Shown here: piece after piece, positions 50,535-61,325 of the stretch | Numbering within the stretch: the stretch's first letter is position 1 | How the letters are laid out: each line of letters opens with the position of its first letter | Assembly: GCA_036677365.1 (NCBI GenBank) | Contig: JAVBWN010000012.1 | Span: 64,001 to 128,000, forward strand | Source of the DNA: Acholeplasma sp. | GTDB lineage: Bacteria > Bacillota_I > Bacilli_A > Acholeplasmatales > UBA5453 | Length of the DNA: 64,000 nt | Direction: 5' to 3' | Notes under the pieces: generated by a model | What the model was told of the DNA's origin: nothing | Database searches by the model: none | What the model saw: the letters and a program-made list of their open reading frames with translations, nothing else | Program-made: the position numbers and the translations under genes

Positions 50535-50684
50535 ATGAAAGAACTAACATCGCTTGCTGAAATATTTAATCAAAAGATTTTACGCATTCCAGATTATCAA
50601 AGGGGATATGCCTGGCAAGATGATCAGCTCAAGTATTTGGAGATGCCGTTATCCATGGAAATGCTAGAATCAAAGGTACCATGA
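50535..50684 (+). pseudogene. Truncated DUF262 (GmrS-like) N-terminus
   Basis: MKELTSLAEIFNQKILRIPDYQRGYAWQDDQL carries the IPxYQRxYxW motif, then loses similarity and stops after 49 codons. Confidence 0.7.
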
Positions 50685-50904
50685 AAGCGAGTAAACCAGT
50701 CACTGTAATTGATAATAGCGATGTAATCATGACTATGGCTGATAACAAAATCCATATCTATCAGAGTACAGTATACACTGAAGAAGAACTTCCAGATAAA
50801 TATAGAGGTGTTTTGGGTTTTAAATAAATCCTGTCATAATATACGATTGTAGACATAAATAATATATTAGATATATAACAATATTATGCTTTGTATAAAT
50901 CACT

Positions 50905-50948
50905 AACAGATAAGTAGATTCATTAGTCACTTCTTATCTGTTTTTTTT
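50905..50948 (+). terminator. Probable intrinsic terminator
   Basis: AACAGATAAG...CTTATCTGTT hairpin plus T-run. Confidence 0.55.
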
Positions 50949-51124
50949 GATCTCTAAAGTGATGTCTTATTTAAATAAATTCATTTAGTGTTATTAAAAA
51001 ACGCTTCCACATGGTAAAATTTAATTATAAGTGGGGACGAAATAAGATAAAAATCATTCATAGTTCTTGAGACTGTATTTTATGGCTTGGGATATGTGAT
51101 TTTTGATAAGGAGAGTACAATTGA

Positions 51125-54100
51125 ATGAGCATTATATTTATTGATTTTCAGAAAAACCTGACTGAAACGAAAACAAATAGATATTCCTTTTTTTGCTATT
51201 CATTAGAAGAACAGTATCAACACATCACATCGCGCATCCCAATAGAAAAAAACATAACAAATAGTTTACAAGAACTGATTGAAATCTGTTTCCCAACTAG
51301 GTTTGTTAAAAAATACTATTTTACATCATCCAATTTCAAGCGTGATAAGAGAGATGGTGTTAATGGAACAACCTTTTTAAACAATATCGTTATTAGACCA
51401 GAATTGACACCACAAATGAGGAGTTTCTTACCGGATAAAACCAACATCATCTTGATTGGTGATATTCAGGAAAACGATAAATACAAAACTTTCATTGTAA
51501 AAGGTATCGAACTCATTGATGAATTTATATCAACAACCAATGATATTCAAATCAATGATAGCTACTGTGCCCATTCATTTGGCATGGGACAATCCTATTA
51601 TGGTAAACCATATACGAAATGGACAATTGATAATCCGCCACATGAAAGCTCTTTATTCACACCAGATTTTGTTGCAAATCTGATAAAAAACTGTTATCCA
51701 ATGTCAACAACAAGTGTAGTTCAAGTACATAAAGCCATTGATCAATGGCAAACTTATATCACCTTTAGACAAAAGTATCTCGAATTACAAACACAACGTC
51801 AATTTCAACTAGCTCAAGTAGAATACATCACAGCGTATTCTATCAATCGTCAAACTTACAATAGAAATGCTTCACAATATGAAGAAGACATAATTGTCGC
51901 CCATGAAGACTTTAAAAAAGGGGAACAAATACTACTCAAAAATCCTGTACCAGAATCTGAAGAAATCAATTTGATTGCGACACACATTGACTACAACAAA
52001 AAAACCTTCATTGAAAATAGCAAGCTTGATAAGCGTGGTTTTTTAGTTAATCCTGAAGAAAAAACACTTAGAATCATGTCCAGAGAAAATGTCGCTATAA
52101 GTAAAGTTAAGCCAACAGTAAATAATTACGATCAAGTACTTAAAGATAGCTTTACACTTGACGACCGCTATAAACTAATCAAACAAGAAATCAAACCTGA
52201 CTGTAAGAAAATTGTGAAGGAATATGACGATCTAATCAAACAACAAACCAAAGCCATTCAAGACCGTTATCAAGCATTGATTCAACAAGAAACACAGTCC
52301 TTAAAGAAAATAGAACAACAACGATTGGATGATGAACTAGAATCTACCATCCAAACCATTCGAAGTGAGTATGTAAAAAAACTAGAAGAAATCATTCAAA
52401 AAAATGATGATATAGAAATTCAAAACGAAATCAATCGAATGACTGAAGCCAAAGATAAAGAACTCAACAAAGAACTCAATTCAAGAATCAATAACATTGA
52501 TAAAAAAGAAAAAGATAGAGAAAGCTTAGTCAAAACTTTAAAGGATGCGAAAGAAAATAAACTCAAAGCATTTACAATGTCTATCGATGTTAAAGGTCTT
52601 TATGATGCGAAATTCAATCGAATGTTAGAACAAGTGAGTAAAGATCAAAAAACCAAAAACGATCAATGGATTAAATCCTTTGAAACTTCTAAAAAACTAG
52701 AACTCAACACGAAGTATAGCAACCAAATCATTCAAGAAATTGATAAGAAAAAAGTTGAACTAGATGAGAAAAGGGATAAAGAAATCGAACTCAAAATTCA
52801 AAATGAAACGATTCTTCGATTTTCTATATACTATAAGTTTAATGCGGAAAATTTCAATATAAGTAATGTGCAGTTTGGCTCATACAAGTGGCTTATTTAC
52901 GACCATAGGGCAGAAAAGGCAAAAATTAACCGTCAGGAGAATGCCCTTAAAAATTTCTTTGAAGGCAATGTCAAAAATCCATATTTATCTACTTACTTAT
53001 TCGCACCTAAAGAACTAAAGAAGAACTACTATGATTTCACTGAGTGGAAGTGGTTTTTAGAAAGTCTTAATGATAACCAAAAACTCGCTGTACAACGTGC
53101 GGTAGCAAGTAAAGGTATTTTCCTTTTACAAGGACCTCCAGGTACAGGTAAAACCCAAGTAATAGCAGAAATTGTAGGGCATTTAGTTCAGGATGGGAAA
53201 AAGGTATTGGTCGCCTCTGAAACACATAAAGCAATTGATAATGTGTTTGAAAGATTACCACTGCTAGCGGATATACGTCCTTTACGTTTAATTGCAACAA
53301 GATCCAATAAATCATCCAACTTTGGACCAGAGAACTTGGTTGATAACTTCTACGAAAATATTTCTAAGAACATGAGAAATATCATCAGAACCTATGAAAA
53401 GTTTAGCGAATATCGTGAGAACTTTTTTGAGACTTATCAAAAACAAAAAGTATTAAGTGATCGTATCGCTGCCAATAAAGCACTCATTGACAAAATCGAC
53501 AAAGAGATTAGGAAACTTAATATAAACATCGATGAGTTGAGAGCAAGTAAGCAAAAAGAAACCGATAAAGTCGATGAATTGATGACCCGCAATGATGAAC
53601 AAATTCGTACTAGAAGACATTTAGAACGTGCCAACCTCAAATTGGATGATGATATTGACGGTAAACTAATCAGTGACTTCATCCAAGAGTCCATGAAGCT
53701 AATCAAGAAAGAAAAAATGTTCATTCTAGATGAAACAGGCTTAATCATACAAAAACTGTTGTTGGTTGATATAAAGACAATTACAGAAGAAATCAATGCA
53801 ATCCTCTCTTCATCTAATGAAATGAAAATCGCACAAGAAACAGATATTATTAGACAACAATTAAACCAATACAAAGATGACTTTGGCGATTGGAAAGAGA
53901 ACACAGAACAATTTTACAAGCCACTACAAGCCAAACTCAAGGCTTTGCTAGAGCATAAAACGAATGGGATTGATTTTTCAGAATTGAAAATTTCAAAAAT
54001 CATTCAACCACAATATTTAACCACCCCAATACCACTCAAAACTTTGATTGAAAAGTATCAAACAGAGCTGATTGATGTTCGAAACAAGTATTACATCATT

Positions 54101-55642
54101 ATTGATCAGACCATTGAATCCATCACCAATAAGATGAATGAAATGAATTCGAACATCACAGCCATTGAATCCAAGATGTTTAAGATTGGGGAAACTATTC
54201 GGACCCTACAAGACGATGATGGCTATAAGAGTATACAAGAAGATGAAGCGAGATTGAGACGAGAAATCGCGAAATTCATTGAGACCTTTAATGTCGCGAT
54301 TGAATATAAAAATTATAATGAGGCTTTAGAAAAGATATATCAGGAGTATGTCGATTTGGATCGAAACTTCAAACAAAAAGAAGAAGCGAACAAGAAGATT
54401 ATTCCTATATACAAGAAAATCAGTGATTATTTGTTAAAGGATGAAGTTAGAGAAGCTGACAGGAAGAAATACACTAAACCGCTATTCGATAAAGTAAACT
54501 TGTTTGGAATTACCAATACCTCCAGAGACAGTTTCGGTGAAGATTCGATGGTTGAACTCGAAAAATATAATCTCGGTAGAATTGATTTGAAAGAAGAAGG
54601 CATAGATGTGGTTATCATCGATGAAGTATCTAAGTCTAGTTTCCTCGATCTACTGATACCAATACTGTACGGTAAAACAGTTATCTTGGTTGGAGATCAC
54701 AGACAACTACCTCCTATGTATGAGTTTAGAAACTTTAGACAAGAAGATTATGACAATATCGATGAATCGATTTTAACCAAAGGGATGAATGAGAAATTCA
54801 AGCTTTTATATGAAGAAAGCTTCTTTAAGACACTCTTCGAACTTGTACCAGAGGACTATAAAGTAATGCTCAATCAACAGTATCGTAGCCATGAACATAT
54901 CATGCAAGTGTATAACTGTTTTTACAACCACAAACTTCAATTGGGCAAGAAAACTCAAAATAGCGAGAAGGAACATCACTTAAACATCATTTCGAATCAT
55001 CGTCAGATTATTGAACCGAAGAAACACGTTTATTTCGTGGATTGTAAAAAGTTTGAATCCAAAGAAACAGACTCGACTTCGATATATAACTCCAATGAAG
55101 CGGATGTCGTTGTTGAACTCATTAAGCAAATCAATGAATCCTATAAATCTCATCCAAACTTTAAACCGGAGATCTCAAAAGATAGAGACGAGCGTATGAG
55201 TCTAGGTGTCATTTGTACCTATGGTGACCAAGCACGTGTCATCAAACAAAAGATGAAGGCTGCTAAGATCAAATTAGGTATGTTTAATGATAAACCAGAT
55301 GCGAGAACCATCATTTCAACAGTAGATGACTTCCAAGGGGATGAACGAGATATCATTATTCTATCCATGGTTAGAAACCCACAAAATAGAGGTAAGAGTG
55401 ATCCTGGATTTGTTACTGCATATCAACGCATCAATGTAGCTTTATCTAGAGCAAGAAGACTACTCATCGTTGTTGGTAATAAGAGTTATCTTGAAGATAA
55501 AGGGGTCATTGATTTACCGGATGTCGATGGCAAGGGTAAAGATCAAAAGAACTTCTATGTGTATAAGGAAGTCATTGGTGCGATACACCAATATGGTACT
55601 GTCTTCGATGATGAGGATGTTCTTGGTGGAGGTAGAAAATAA
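51125..55642 (+). CDS. Large SF1 (DNA2/NAM7-like) helicase with long coiled coils
   Basis: LNDNQKLAV, QGPPGTGKT, ASETHKAIDN, IIDEVSK, VGDHRQLPP, QYRSH, STVDDFQGDERD, RINVALSRA; coiled coils upstream of motif I and inserted between motifs Ia and II. Confidence 0.9.
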   Translation: MSIIFIDFQKNLTETKTNRYSFFCYSLEEQYQHITSRIPIEKNITNSLQELIEICFPTRFVKKYYFTSSNFKRDKRDGVNGTTFLNNIVIRPELTPQMRSFLPDKTNIILIGDIQENDKYKTFIVKGIELIDEFISTTNDIQINDSYCAHSFGMGQSYYGKPYTKWTIDNPPHESSLFTPDFVANLIKNCYPMSTTSVVQVHKAIDQWQTYITFRQKYLELQTQRQFQLAQVEYITAYSINRQTYNRNASQYEEDIIVAHEDFKKGEQILLKNPVPESEEINLIATHIDYNKKTFIENSKLDKRGFLVNPEEKTLRIMSRENVAISKVKPTVNNYDQVLKDSFTLDDRYKLIKQEIKPDCKKIVKEYDDLIKQQTKAIQDRYQALIQQETQSLKKIEQQRLDDELESTIQTIRSEYVKKLEEIIQKNDDIEIQNEINRMTEAKDKELNKELNSRINNIDKKEKDRESLVKTLKDAKENKLKAFTMSIDVKGLYDAKFNRMLEQVSKDQKTKNDQWIKSFETSKKLELNTKYSNQIIQEIDKKKVELDEKRDKEIELKIQNETILRFSIYYKFNAENFNISNVQFGSYKWLIYDHRAEKAKINRQENALKNFFEGNVKNPYLSTYLFAPKELKKNYYDFTEWKWFLESLNDNQKLAVQRAVASKGIFLLQGPPGTGKTQVIAEIVGHLVQDGKKVLVASETHKAIDNVFERLPLLADIRPLRLIATRSNKSSNFGPENLVDNFYENISKNMRNIIRTYEKFSEYRENFFETYQKQKVLSDRIAANKALIDKIDKEIRKLNINIDELRASKQKETDKVDELMTRNDEQIRTRRHLERANLKLDDDIDGKLISDFIQESMKLIKKEKMFILDETGLIIQKLLLVDIKTITEEINAILSSSNEMKIAQETDIIRQQLNQYKDDFGDWKENTEQFYKPLQAKLKALLEHKTNGIDFSELKISKIIQPQYLTTPIPLKTLIEKYQTELIDVRNKYYIIIDQTIESITNKMNEMNSNITAIESKMFKIGETIRTLQDDDGYKSIQEDEARLRREIAKFIETFNVAIEYKNYNEALEKIYQEYVDLDRNFKQKEEANKKIIPIYKKISDYLLKDEVREADRKKYTKPLFDKVNLFGITNTSRDSFGEDSMVELEKYNLGRIDLKEEGIDVVIIDEVSKSSFLDLLIPILYGKTVILVGDHRQLPPMYEFRNFRQEDYDNIDESILTKGMNEKFKLLYEESFFKTLFELVPEDYKVMLNQQYRSHEHIMQVYNCFYNHKLQLGKKTQNSEKEHHLNIISNHRQIIEPKKHVYFVDCKKFESKETDSTSIYNSNEADVVVELIKQINESYKSHPNFKPEISKDRDERMSLGVICTYGDQARVIKQKMKAAKIKLGMFNDKPDARTIISTVDDFQGDERDIIILSMVRNPQNRGKSDPGFVTAYQRINVALSRARRLLIVVGNKSYLEDKGVIDLPDVDGKGKDQKNFYVYKEVIGAIHQYGTVFDDEDVLGGGRK

Positions 55643-57795
55643 TGCAAAAGTTCGAAACCAGTTTTGCCTTTCCCCTCATCAAAATGAATACGTTAATTAC
55701 GTATACTGAAGTAGAAAAGCCTACAGGTATTAGCTACTTCCTTTTGGTGCTGATCAATGAGTATTCAGACAAGTCCGTCAAAATCAGTCATTTATTAAAA
55801 CAATTTGGTGTACCCAACGATTTACATGAATTATTCGCTGATGAAATTCATGCCTTATTAAAGGCTGAAATCATAACCACTGAATATGGATATAATAAGA
55901 GTTATTTCCAGGAGTATCCACTAGGAAAATTCCAATTTACCATGAAAGGTAAAAAAGTATTTTTAGATGAAGCGATACCTTCAAATATCAATAAAACGTT
56001 AAAACAAGCGGTATATTATAATCCTGCCTTGAATCAATTAACATTAACAGTAGATCGAGACTATGGAAACATCGACACTTCTGTCCTTGGTGAAGCCTTT
56101 TTCAAACAATTTTCATACCCAGATAATGACCTAATCGAAGAGTATTATGGCACTAAGAAGGGGAATGGTCTTTCGATTAAAAAAGAAGAAATTATCTTAT
56201 CTGCCATTTTGCAAAATATAGATTACAACTTCATCACGTACCCAGTTACCATTTTGATTGAAGAGAACGATCAAATTGGTTTTGAATTTGAAGACATGAA
56301 GATTAAAGCTTTCTTTGAAAAATATTACACCAAGGAAATGATTAAAGACTTGATTCAGGTTAAAAACAAGTTCACTTTCACAATACCAGAAACGATTCAA
56401 ACCAAACTATCCACGATAGCCCCTTATAACCATATCTATTTACCAGAAGCGATTAAACAAAAACAAAATGAAAAATCATTGATTGATGTCAATCTAGATC
56501 GTTATCCAACCAATAATGCAAAATTGTCATATACATCAAAACCGATTCTAGCCAAAATCAATTCTGCCTTTGCTTTTGTAAAAATCATTGATATGAATCA
56601 TGCTTATGGCTATATCCCTGCAGGTATTACTTTAAGCAGTCATATATTTGGTCCGATTCAACTCAAACTATTGATTGAAATGTCACTTGATAACCCTCAG
56701 GTAAAAGCGATATTAGGCGATTTGGTGGATCAGTATAAAGAATTTGTATACGATGACAATGAACCATGGAACTATAAGTCATTATTACTTTTATGCAAGT
56801 TGAGCAATAGTCTACCGATGATTCAGGGGAAAATAGATCATTGGATGATTGATTTATCAAATGATGACCAAATTTCTATTTTAGGCAAAATTAAAGACAA
56901 ATCTGTCAATGAACCATTGGTATATGACTTTATTAAGAAAAAAGGATTAAGTCTATCTGATGCTTACTTTAGTGATATAAACTTAGACAACCTCGAAGTC
57001 AAATTAAACAATTCAGGGTGGATTTATAAAGCGAATAAACTATCGGATATTCAAGTACTACAAACCATATTTAGTAAGATGGATGTTTCAAAGTTGAACA
57101 AAATCAAATTGTACAATGCATTGGAGTCGTTAGGTTATCAATCCGAAGACATCCTTACATTCATGAAAGATTTCGTTCTTGATATCATCAATGACAATAA
57201 ATCATCTAATGGGCTTAGTAAATTGAAGTTGACACTCGATAACGCTTTAAAGACGCTCCAATCTATTACAGGTATCAAAGATCCCCATAATTACGCAATG
57301 AAAGATATTTTCCAAAAAACAGATTTTATTGACCATTATAGGGTCTATAGTGAATCCTTAAAATCATTATCTTTTATTGAAAAATACAACAAAGAGTTAC
57401 TCTCTGTATATAAAGATTTCGATCGATTGTTTTCGAACTTAAACGATCTCTTTGTCTTAGAGAGAAATGCACTTGGAAATCCGAAAGCAATCAATGAAAA
57501 ACTGATTGATTCAAAAATCAATTCAGGTGATCTTTTAAGTGCCGTAACCAACCTCTACGTTAAGTTATCATATATATGTAAAACTAAACTCAATATCAAT
57601 GAAGATTTTGTTCAAATGATTCAGACTTTGGAAAAGAAAGATTACATCGATAAGGACGAAACTGCAGTTCTTCATCAGTTCAGACAATACCGTAATGATT
57701 TAGAACATGCGAATGAAGTAAAGAAAGCATTAGATAAAAAGGATTTACAAGCGGTAAAAAGCATTGTCTTCAAATTGGAGGGTATGAAACTATGA
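55642..57795 (+). CDS. Hypothetical protein: possible N-terminal winged helix, C-terminal HEPN-like domain
   Basis: TAATG coupling to the helicase; C-terminal LHQFRQYRNDLEH (RxxxxH) in a ~100-aa helical domain; N-terminal FQFTMKGKK wing-like segment. Confidence 0.6.
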   Translation: MQKFETSFAFPLIKMNTLITYTEVEKPTGISYFLLVLINEYSDKSVKISHLLKQFGVPNDLHELFADEIHALLKAEIITTEYGYNKSYFQEYPLGKFQFTMKGKKVFLDEAIPSNINKTLKQAVYYNPALNQLTLTVDRDYGNIDTSVLGEAFFKQFSYPDNDLIEEYYGTKKGNGLSIKKEEIILSAILQNIDYNFITYPVTILIEENDQIGFEFEDMKIKAFFEKYYTKEMIKDLIQVKNKFTFTIPETIQTKLSTIAPYNHIYLPEAIKQKQNEKSLIDVNLDRYPTNNAKLSYTSKPILAKINSAFAFVKIIDMNHAYGYIPAGITLSSHIFGPIQLKLLIEMSLDNPQVKAILGDLVDQYKEFVYDDNEPWNYKSLLLLCKLSNSLPMIQGKIDHWMIDLSNDDQISILGKIKDKSVNEPLVYDFIKKKGLSLSDAYFSDINLDNLEVKLNNSGWIYKANKLSDIQVLQTIFSKMDVSKLNKIKLYNALESLGYQSEDILTFMKDFVLDIINDNKSSNGLSKLKLTLDNALKTLQSITGIKDPHNYAMKDIFQKTDFIDHYRVYSESLKSLSFIEKYNKELLSVYKDFDRLFSNLNDLFVLERNALGNPKAINEKLIDSKINSGDLLSAVTNLYVKLSYICKTKLNINEDFVQMIQTLEKKDYIDKDETAVLHQFRQYRNDLEHANEVKKALDKKDLQAVKSIVFKLEGMKL

Positions 57796-58907
57796 GTTAC
57801 TCAGAAATGATCAATTATGAAGCATTATCTCTTAAAGCAAAAGCCAAATGTAGTGTTGCACAACAAGCAATCGCACACATTGAACGTTTACTAGAATCGA
57901 TTAAAGCAAATGCTCAAACGATTCCATCCAAAAAGCTGATAGAGTACGAAAAATCACTATTAAAAGAAAAAGAAGACATTTTAAAACGAATTAAATCTAT
58001 AGAACAAAAGGCTGAAGAACAAGCAAAAATTGGCGTTAAAAGGATGAAGATCGGCACATCAGAAATGTTGATATATGAACATCGTAATGATCTCATCTAT
58101 GAAAGCGATAAACTCATAACGTTAGCTAATGAATTGATGACTACAAAACTTGAAGTGATGAATAGTTACATCAATGAAGAGCTAATCAATATCGCTAACA
58201 ATTCACAACAACAGTTAATGAATGCTGCTCGAGGTGTCATTAGCTTGCAACAACAGTTACTCAAACAACTGGATACCATCGAAGACATCACGTTAAGAGA
58301 ATCGGTTTATCGTGTAGCGATTGAACTCGAAAATCAGGAGAAATCATTTGAAGAATTGGTAGAATTAGGTCGAGAAAAACTCAAAGGACTCACTGAAAAC
58401 CTGTTAGAAAAGCACAGACAAACCATTCTTGAAGGCATTAGACGTGATATGGAGGCTTCTCGAGTGGATGCGTCTACGATTAACCAAACACTGAACTCAA
58501 ATAGTTCAGTTCAAGAAATCCGTGCTCAAGCAACCCATGAAATTGTAGGCGAAGAAGTCAGAAAAGAGTCGTTAAAAATCATTCTTAAAGCTATTGAGAC
58601 CAGAGGGTTCATTGTGGATAGAAAGAACAGCATTAAAATCAATAAGGATAAAAATGAAGTCCTTGTTATTGGTAAGAAAGCCAGTGGTCAAACAGCAGAA
58701 TTTAAAATATATCTAGATGGTCGTTTTTCATATAAATTTGATGGATTTGAAGGTCAAGCATGTCAAAAGGATATCGAGCCATTCATGAATGACTTAGAAG
58801 ATATCTATGGTGTGAAGATTACAGGTAGAGTAGAACTTTGGAAAAATCCAGATAAACTCTCTTCACAAAAATATCAAACTTATAATACCAATAAAGGTAA
58901 AAACTGA
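57792..58907 (+). CDS. Coiled-coil protein with a C-terminal DUF2997-like segment
   Basis: ATGA overlap; long heptad region; C-terminal FKIYLDG...DGFEGQACQKDIEPFMNDLE. Confidence 0.55.
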   Translation: MSYSEMINYEALSLKAKAKCSVAQQAIAHIERLLESIKANAQTIPSKKLIEYEKSLLKEKEDILKRIKSIEQKAEEQAKIGVKRMKIGTSEMLIYEHRNDLIYESDKLITLANELMTTKLEVMNSYINEELINIANNSQQQLMNAARGVISLQQQLLKQLDTIEDITLRESVYRVAIELENQEKSFEELVELGREKLKGLTENLLEKHRQTILEGIRRDMEASRVDASTINQTLNSNSSVQEIRAQATHEIVGEEVRKESLKIILKAIETRGFIVDRKNSIKINKDKNEVLVIGKKASGQTAEFKIYLDGRFSYKFDGFEGQACQKDIEPFMNDLEDIYGVKITGRVELWKNPDKLSSQKYQTYNTNKGKN

Positions 58908-58918
58908 GGAGGATTCAT

Positions 58919-60745
58919 ATGTCAATCAATACCAGTTTTGCAAAAATCAAACGAGAAATTGGCATCAAGAAATGCATCATCATCGATGGGAATGTTGGCG
59001 ATGTCTATTTGAATGATAAAGGTAAAATACAAAATATCAAAGAATCGTTGGATAGCATCCTCAAAGACTTAAAATACGATGACATCATATTTTGGGACAG
59101 AATTGATGGTGCAGTAGGGAATTTACAAAACTTACAGATCATCGATGAAACCAAGGTTGAAGGTGACAACTATCTAGATGAAGCTGATGAAGTTACACCT
59201 GAACCGAAAACAGGATTATTTAAACAGCCAGCGGAAATCTTTAATATTGTTTTGAAGAACTTGACCAACCCAAAAAAGAAAATTGCTTTTGTCTTAAACT
59301 GGGCGGAATACTTATTTGATGGTGGTGGCCAACAAATCGCAGGGGAAGGGTTAGATAATATTACCATCTTAGGCAAAGCACTCAAAGACAAAAAGATTGA
59401 TTACTACAATCCCGATGTGAATGAAAGTACCATCATATTCATCACCAACAAAATTTCGTTGTTTCCAATCTCGTTTTATCAAGGTAATCCAGAAGTAAGT
59501 TCAATAACATTGACTAAACCAGATCGTCTTGAACGTGAAAGAATGATGGAAAAAATCGAAGATTCATTCAATGTAAGAGTACCAGGAAATGTAGCACTGA
59601 TGTCCAGTGAAAAGAAAGCCGAATATGTAGATATGCTTGATGATTTTACAAATCGAGAAATCATTCAGATTTCCAAATTGTCACGAAAAGAAGACAAAAT
59701 GACTTTTGATAAATTGTTCTATCTGTTCAAATACGGTGAAAAAGAAAACCCATGGGAAAAACTCGATTACAATGAAGTCAAAAACATCAAGAAGCGTCTT
59801 TCTGAAAGAGTAGTTGGACAAGAAGAAGCCATTGAGAAAATCGAAAAGACCATCGTTAAAGCCTATATGGGTTTAACCGGAATTCATAAAACATCCTCTC
59901 GAAGTATGCCTAAAGGAATATTCTTTTTTGTCGGACCAACGGGGGTTGGAAAAACAGAATTATCCAAAGCTTTGGCTAAATTTCTATTTGGTGATGAACA
60001 AGCATGTATTCGCTTTGATATGAGTGAATACGCAACCGAAAACAGTGATCAAAAACTGATTGGTGCAGCTCCTGGTTATGTCGGTTATGAAGAAGGCGGA
60101 CAGCTTACCAACGCAGTTAAAGAGAAACCTTTCAGTGTTATCTTATTCGATGAAATTGAAAAAGCAGCCAAACCTAACCCACGTATATTAGATATATTCC
60201 TACAAATATTAGAAGATGGTAGATTAACCGATTCAAAAGGCGAAACCGTCTATTTTAGCGATACCATCATCATTTTTACCTCTAACTTAGGGGCTTCACA
60301 AGTTCAGATATCAGCAGATCACGAAGACGTTTCTAAACAATTCATCAAGATTGTGAAAGAGTATTTTGATACTGAAATTAGAAGACCAGAAATACTCGGT
60401 AGAATTGGTTATAGCAACATCGTACCGTTTAATTTTATCGTCGATAAAGAATTCGTCATGAAGATTGCGAAATCCAAACTTAAACCGATAAAAGCTGGTA
60501 TATTCGAGAAGTATCGCATCGATTTAGAGTTTGAAGATGAAATGAAGTTTGTTAACTACATCTCCACCAAAGTCGATATTGCTAAAGGTGGTAGAGACAT
60601 TTTAAATGCCATTAATGATCATTTATTAGAACCTCTAGCCATGTTCATGTTTAGCAATAAGAATGATTTATCCAGTTTTAAAGGCGGAAAGATTGTGGTT
60701 AAACTCACAGGAAGCGGGTTAAATTTTGGATTCGATATTAACTAA
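58919..60745 (+). CDS. ClpB/ClpA-D2-like AAA+ ATPase with a degenerate N-terminal AAA-like domain
   Basis: VVGQEEA, GPTGVGKTELSKALA, RFDMSEY, LIGAAPGYVGYEEGGQLT, LFDEIEKA, DGRLTD, RPEILGRI; N-terminal IIIDGNVGD lacks a Walker A lysine. Confidence 0.85.
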   Translation: MSINTSFAKIKREIGIKKCIIIDGNVGDVYLNDKGKIQNIKESLDSILKDLKYDDIIFWDRIDGAVGNLQNLQIIDETKVEGDNYLDEADEVTPEPKTGLFKQPAEIFNIVLKNLTNPKKKIAFVLNWAEYLFDGGGQQIAGEGLDNITILGKALKDKKIDYYNPDVNESTIIFITNKISLFPISFYQGNPEVSSITLTKPDRLERERMMEKIEDSFNVRVPGNVALMSSEKKAEYVDMLDDFTNREIIQISKLSRKEDKMTFDKLFYLFKYGEKENPWEKLDYNEVKNIKKRLSERVVGQEEAIEKIEKTIVKAYMGLTGIHKTSSRSMPKGIFFFVGPTGVGKTELSKALAKFLFGDEQACIRFDMSEYATENSDQKLIGAAPGYVGYEEGGQLTNAVKEKPFSVILFDEIEKAAKPNPRILDIFLQILEDGRLTDSKGETVYFSDTIIIFTSNLGASQVQISADHEDVSKQFIKIVKEYFDTEIRRPEILGRIGYSNIVPFNFIVDKEFVMKIAKSKLKPIKAGIFEKYRIDLEFEDEMKFVNYISTKVDIAKGGRDILNAINDHLLEPLAMFMFSNKNDLSSFKGGKIVVKLTGSGLNFGFDIN

Positions 60746-61319
60746 TCAAGTCAAATTTAATGTAGCCAGAATCATCACAGTTTCTGAAGTAGAAGGACCA
60801 TTTAAACGCATGGCCATTTGGTTTCAAGGGTGTGATATCAACTGTTTTGGTTGTTGTAATCCAGAGTTACAACTTTTTAAAGTTGCTAATATCATGACAT
60901 TTGAACAGATTCTTCAATTAATCATTGAGACTAAGGATAAACACGGCATTGAAGGTGTGACTTTTTGTGGTGGGGAACCCTCTCTTCAACAAAACCTACA
61001 TGTATTGGGTTTAAAACTTAGAGAGCTAAACATTGGAACCATTATGTTTAGCGGAAAGTACATAGAGCAACTACCCAAAGCACTGGTAGAATCGATGGAT
61101 ATGATTTTGGATGGCCCGTTTATTCTAAGTAAATTAGAAAAAGAAAGAAGATTACTCGGTTCAACAAATCAAAGAATCATAAATATAACCGATCGCTATA
61201 AAAAACATACGAATTGGTTTTATGATAAGAAAGAAATGATTCAAGAAATAAACATGTCTGAGGCACTCTATTTTAATGGGGATGCATTGGTTGATAATGA
61301 CCATAAATCAGAAAGGTAA
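60726..61319 (+). CDS. NrdG/activase-like small radical SAM protein
   Basis: EGPFKRMAIWFQGCDINCFGCCNP, GVTFCGGEP, DMILDGPF, GSTNQRI. Confidence 0.85.
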   Translation: MDSILTNQVKFNVARIITVSEVEGPFKRMAIWFQGCDINCFGCCNPELQLFKVANIMTFEQILQLIIETKDKHGIEGVTFCGGEPSLQQNLHVLGLKLRELNIGTIMFSGKYIEQLPKALVESMDMILDGPFILSKLEKERRLLGSTNQRIINITDRYKKHTNWFYDKKEMIQEINMSEALYFNGDALVDNDHKSER

Positions 61320-61325
61320 TGAAAA

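Noticed and set aside
46877..50830. Intact prophage or ICE
   Set aside because: No integrase, terminase, structural or conjugation genes; only remnants are supportable.
58919..61319. Housekeeping clpB and nrdG
   Set aside because: Only one intact AAA module, with no Clp N-domain or M-domain; no nrdD adjacent. Gene symbols withheld.
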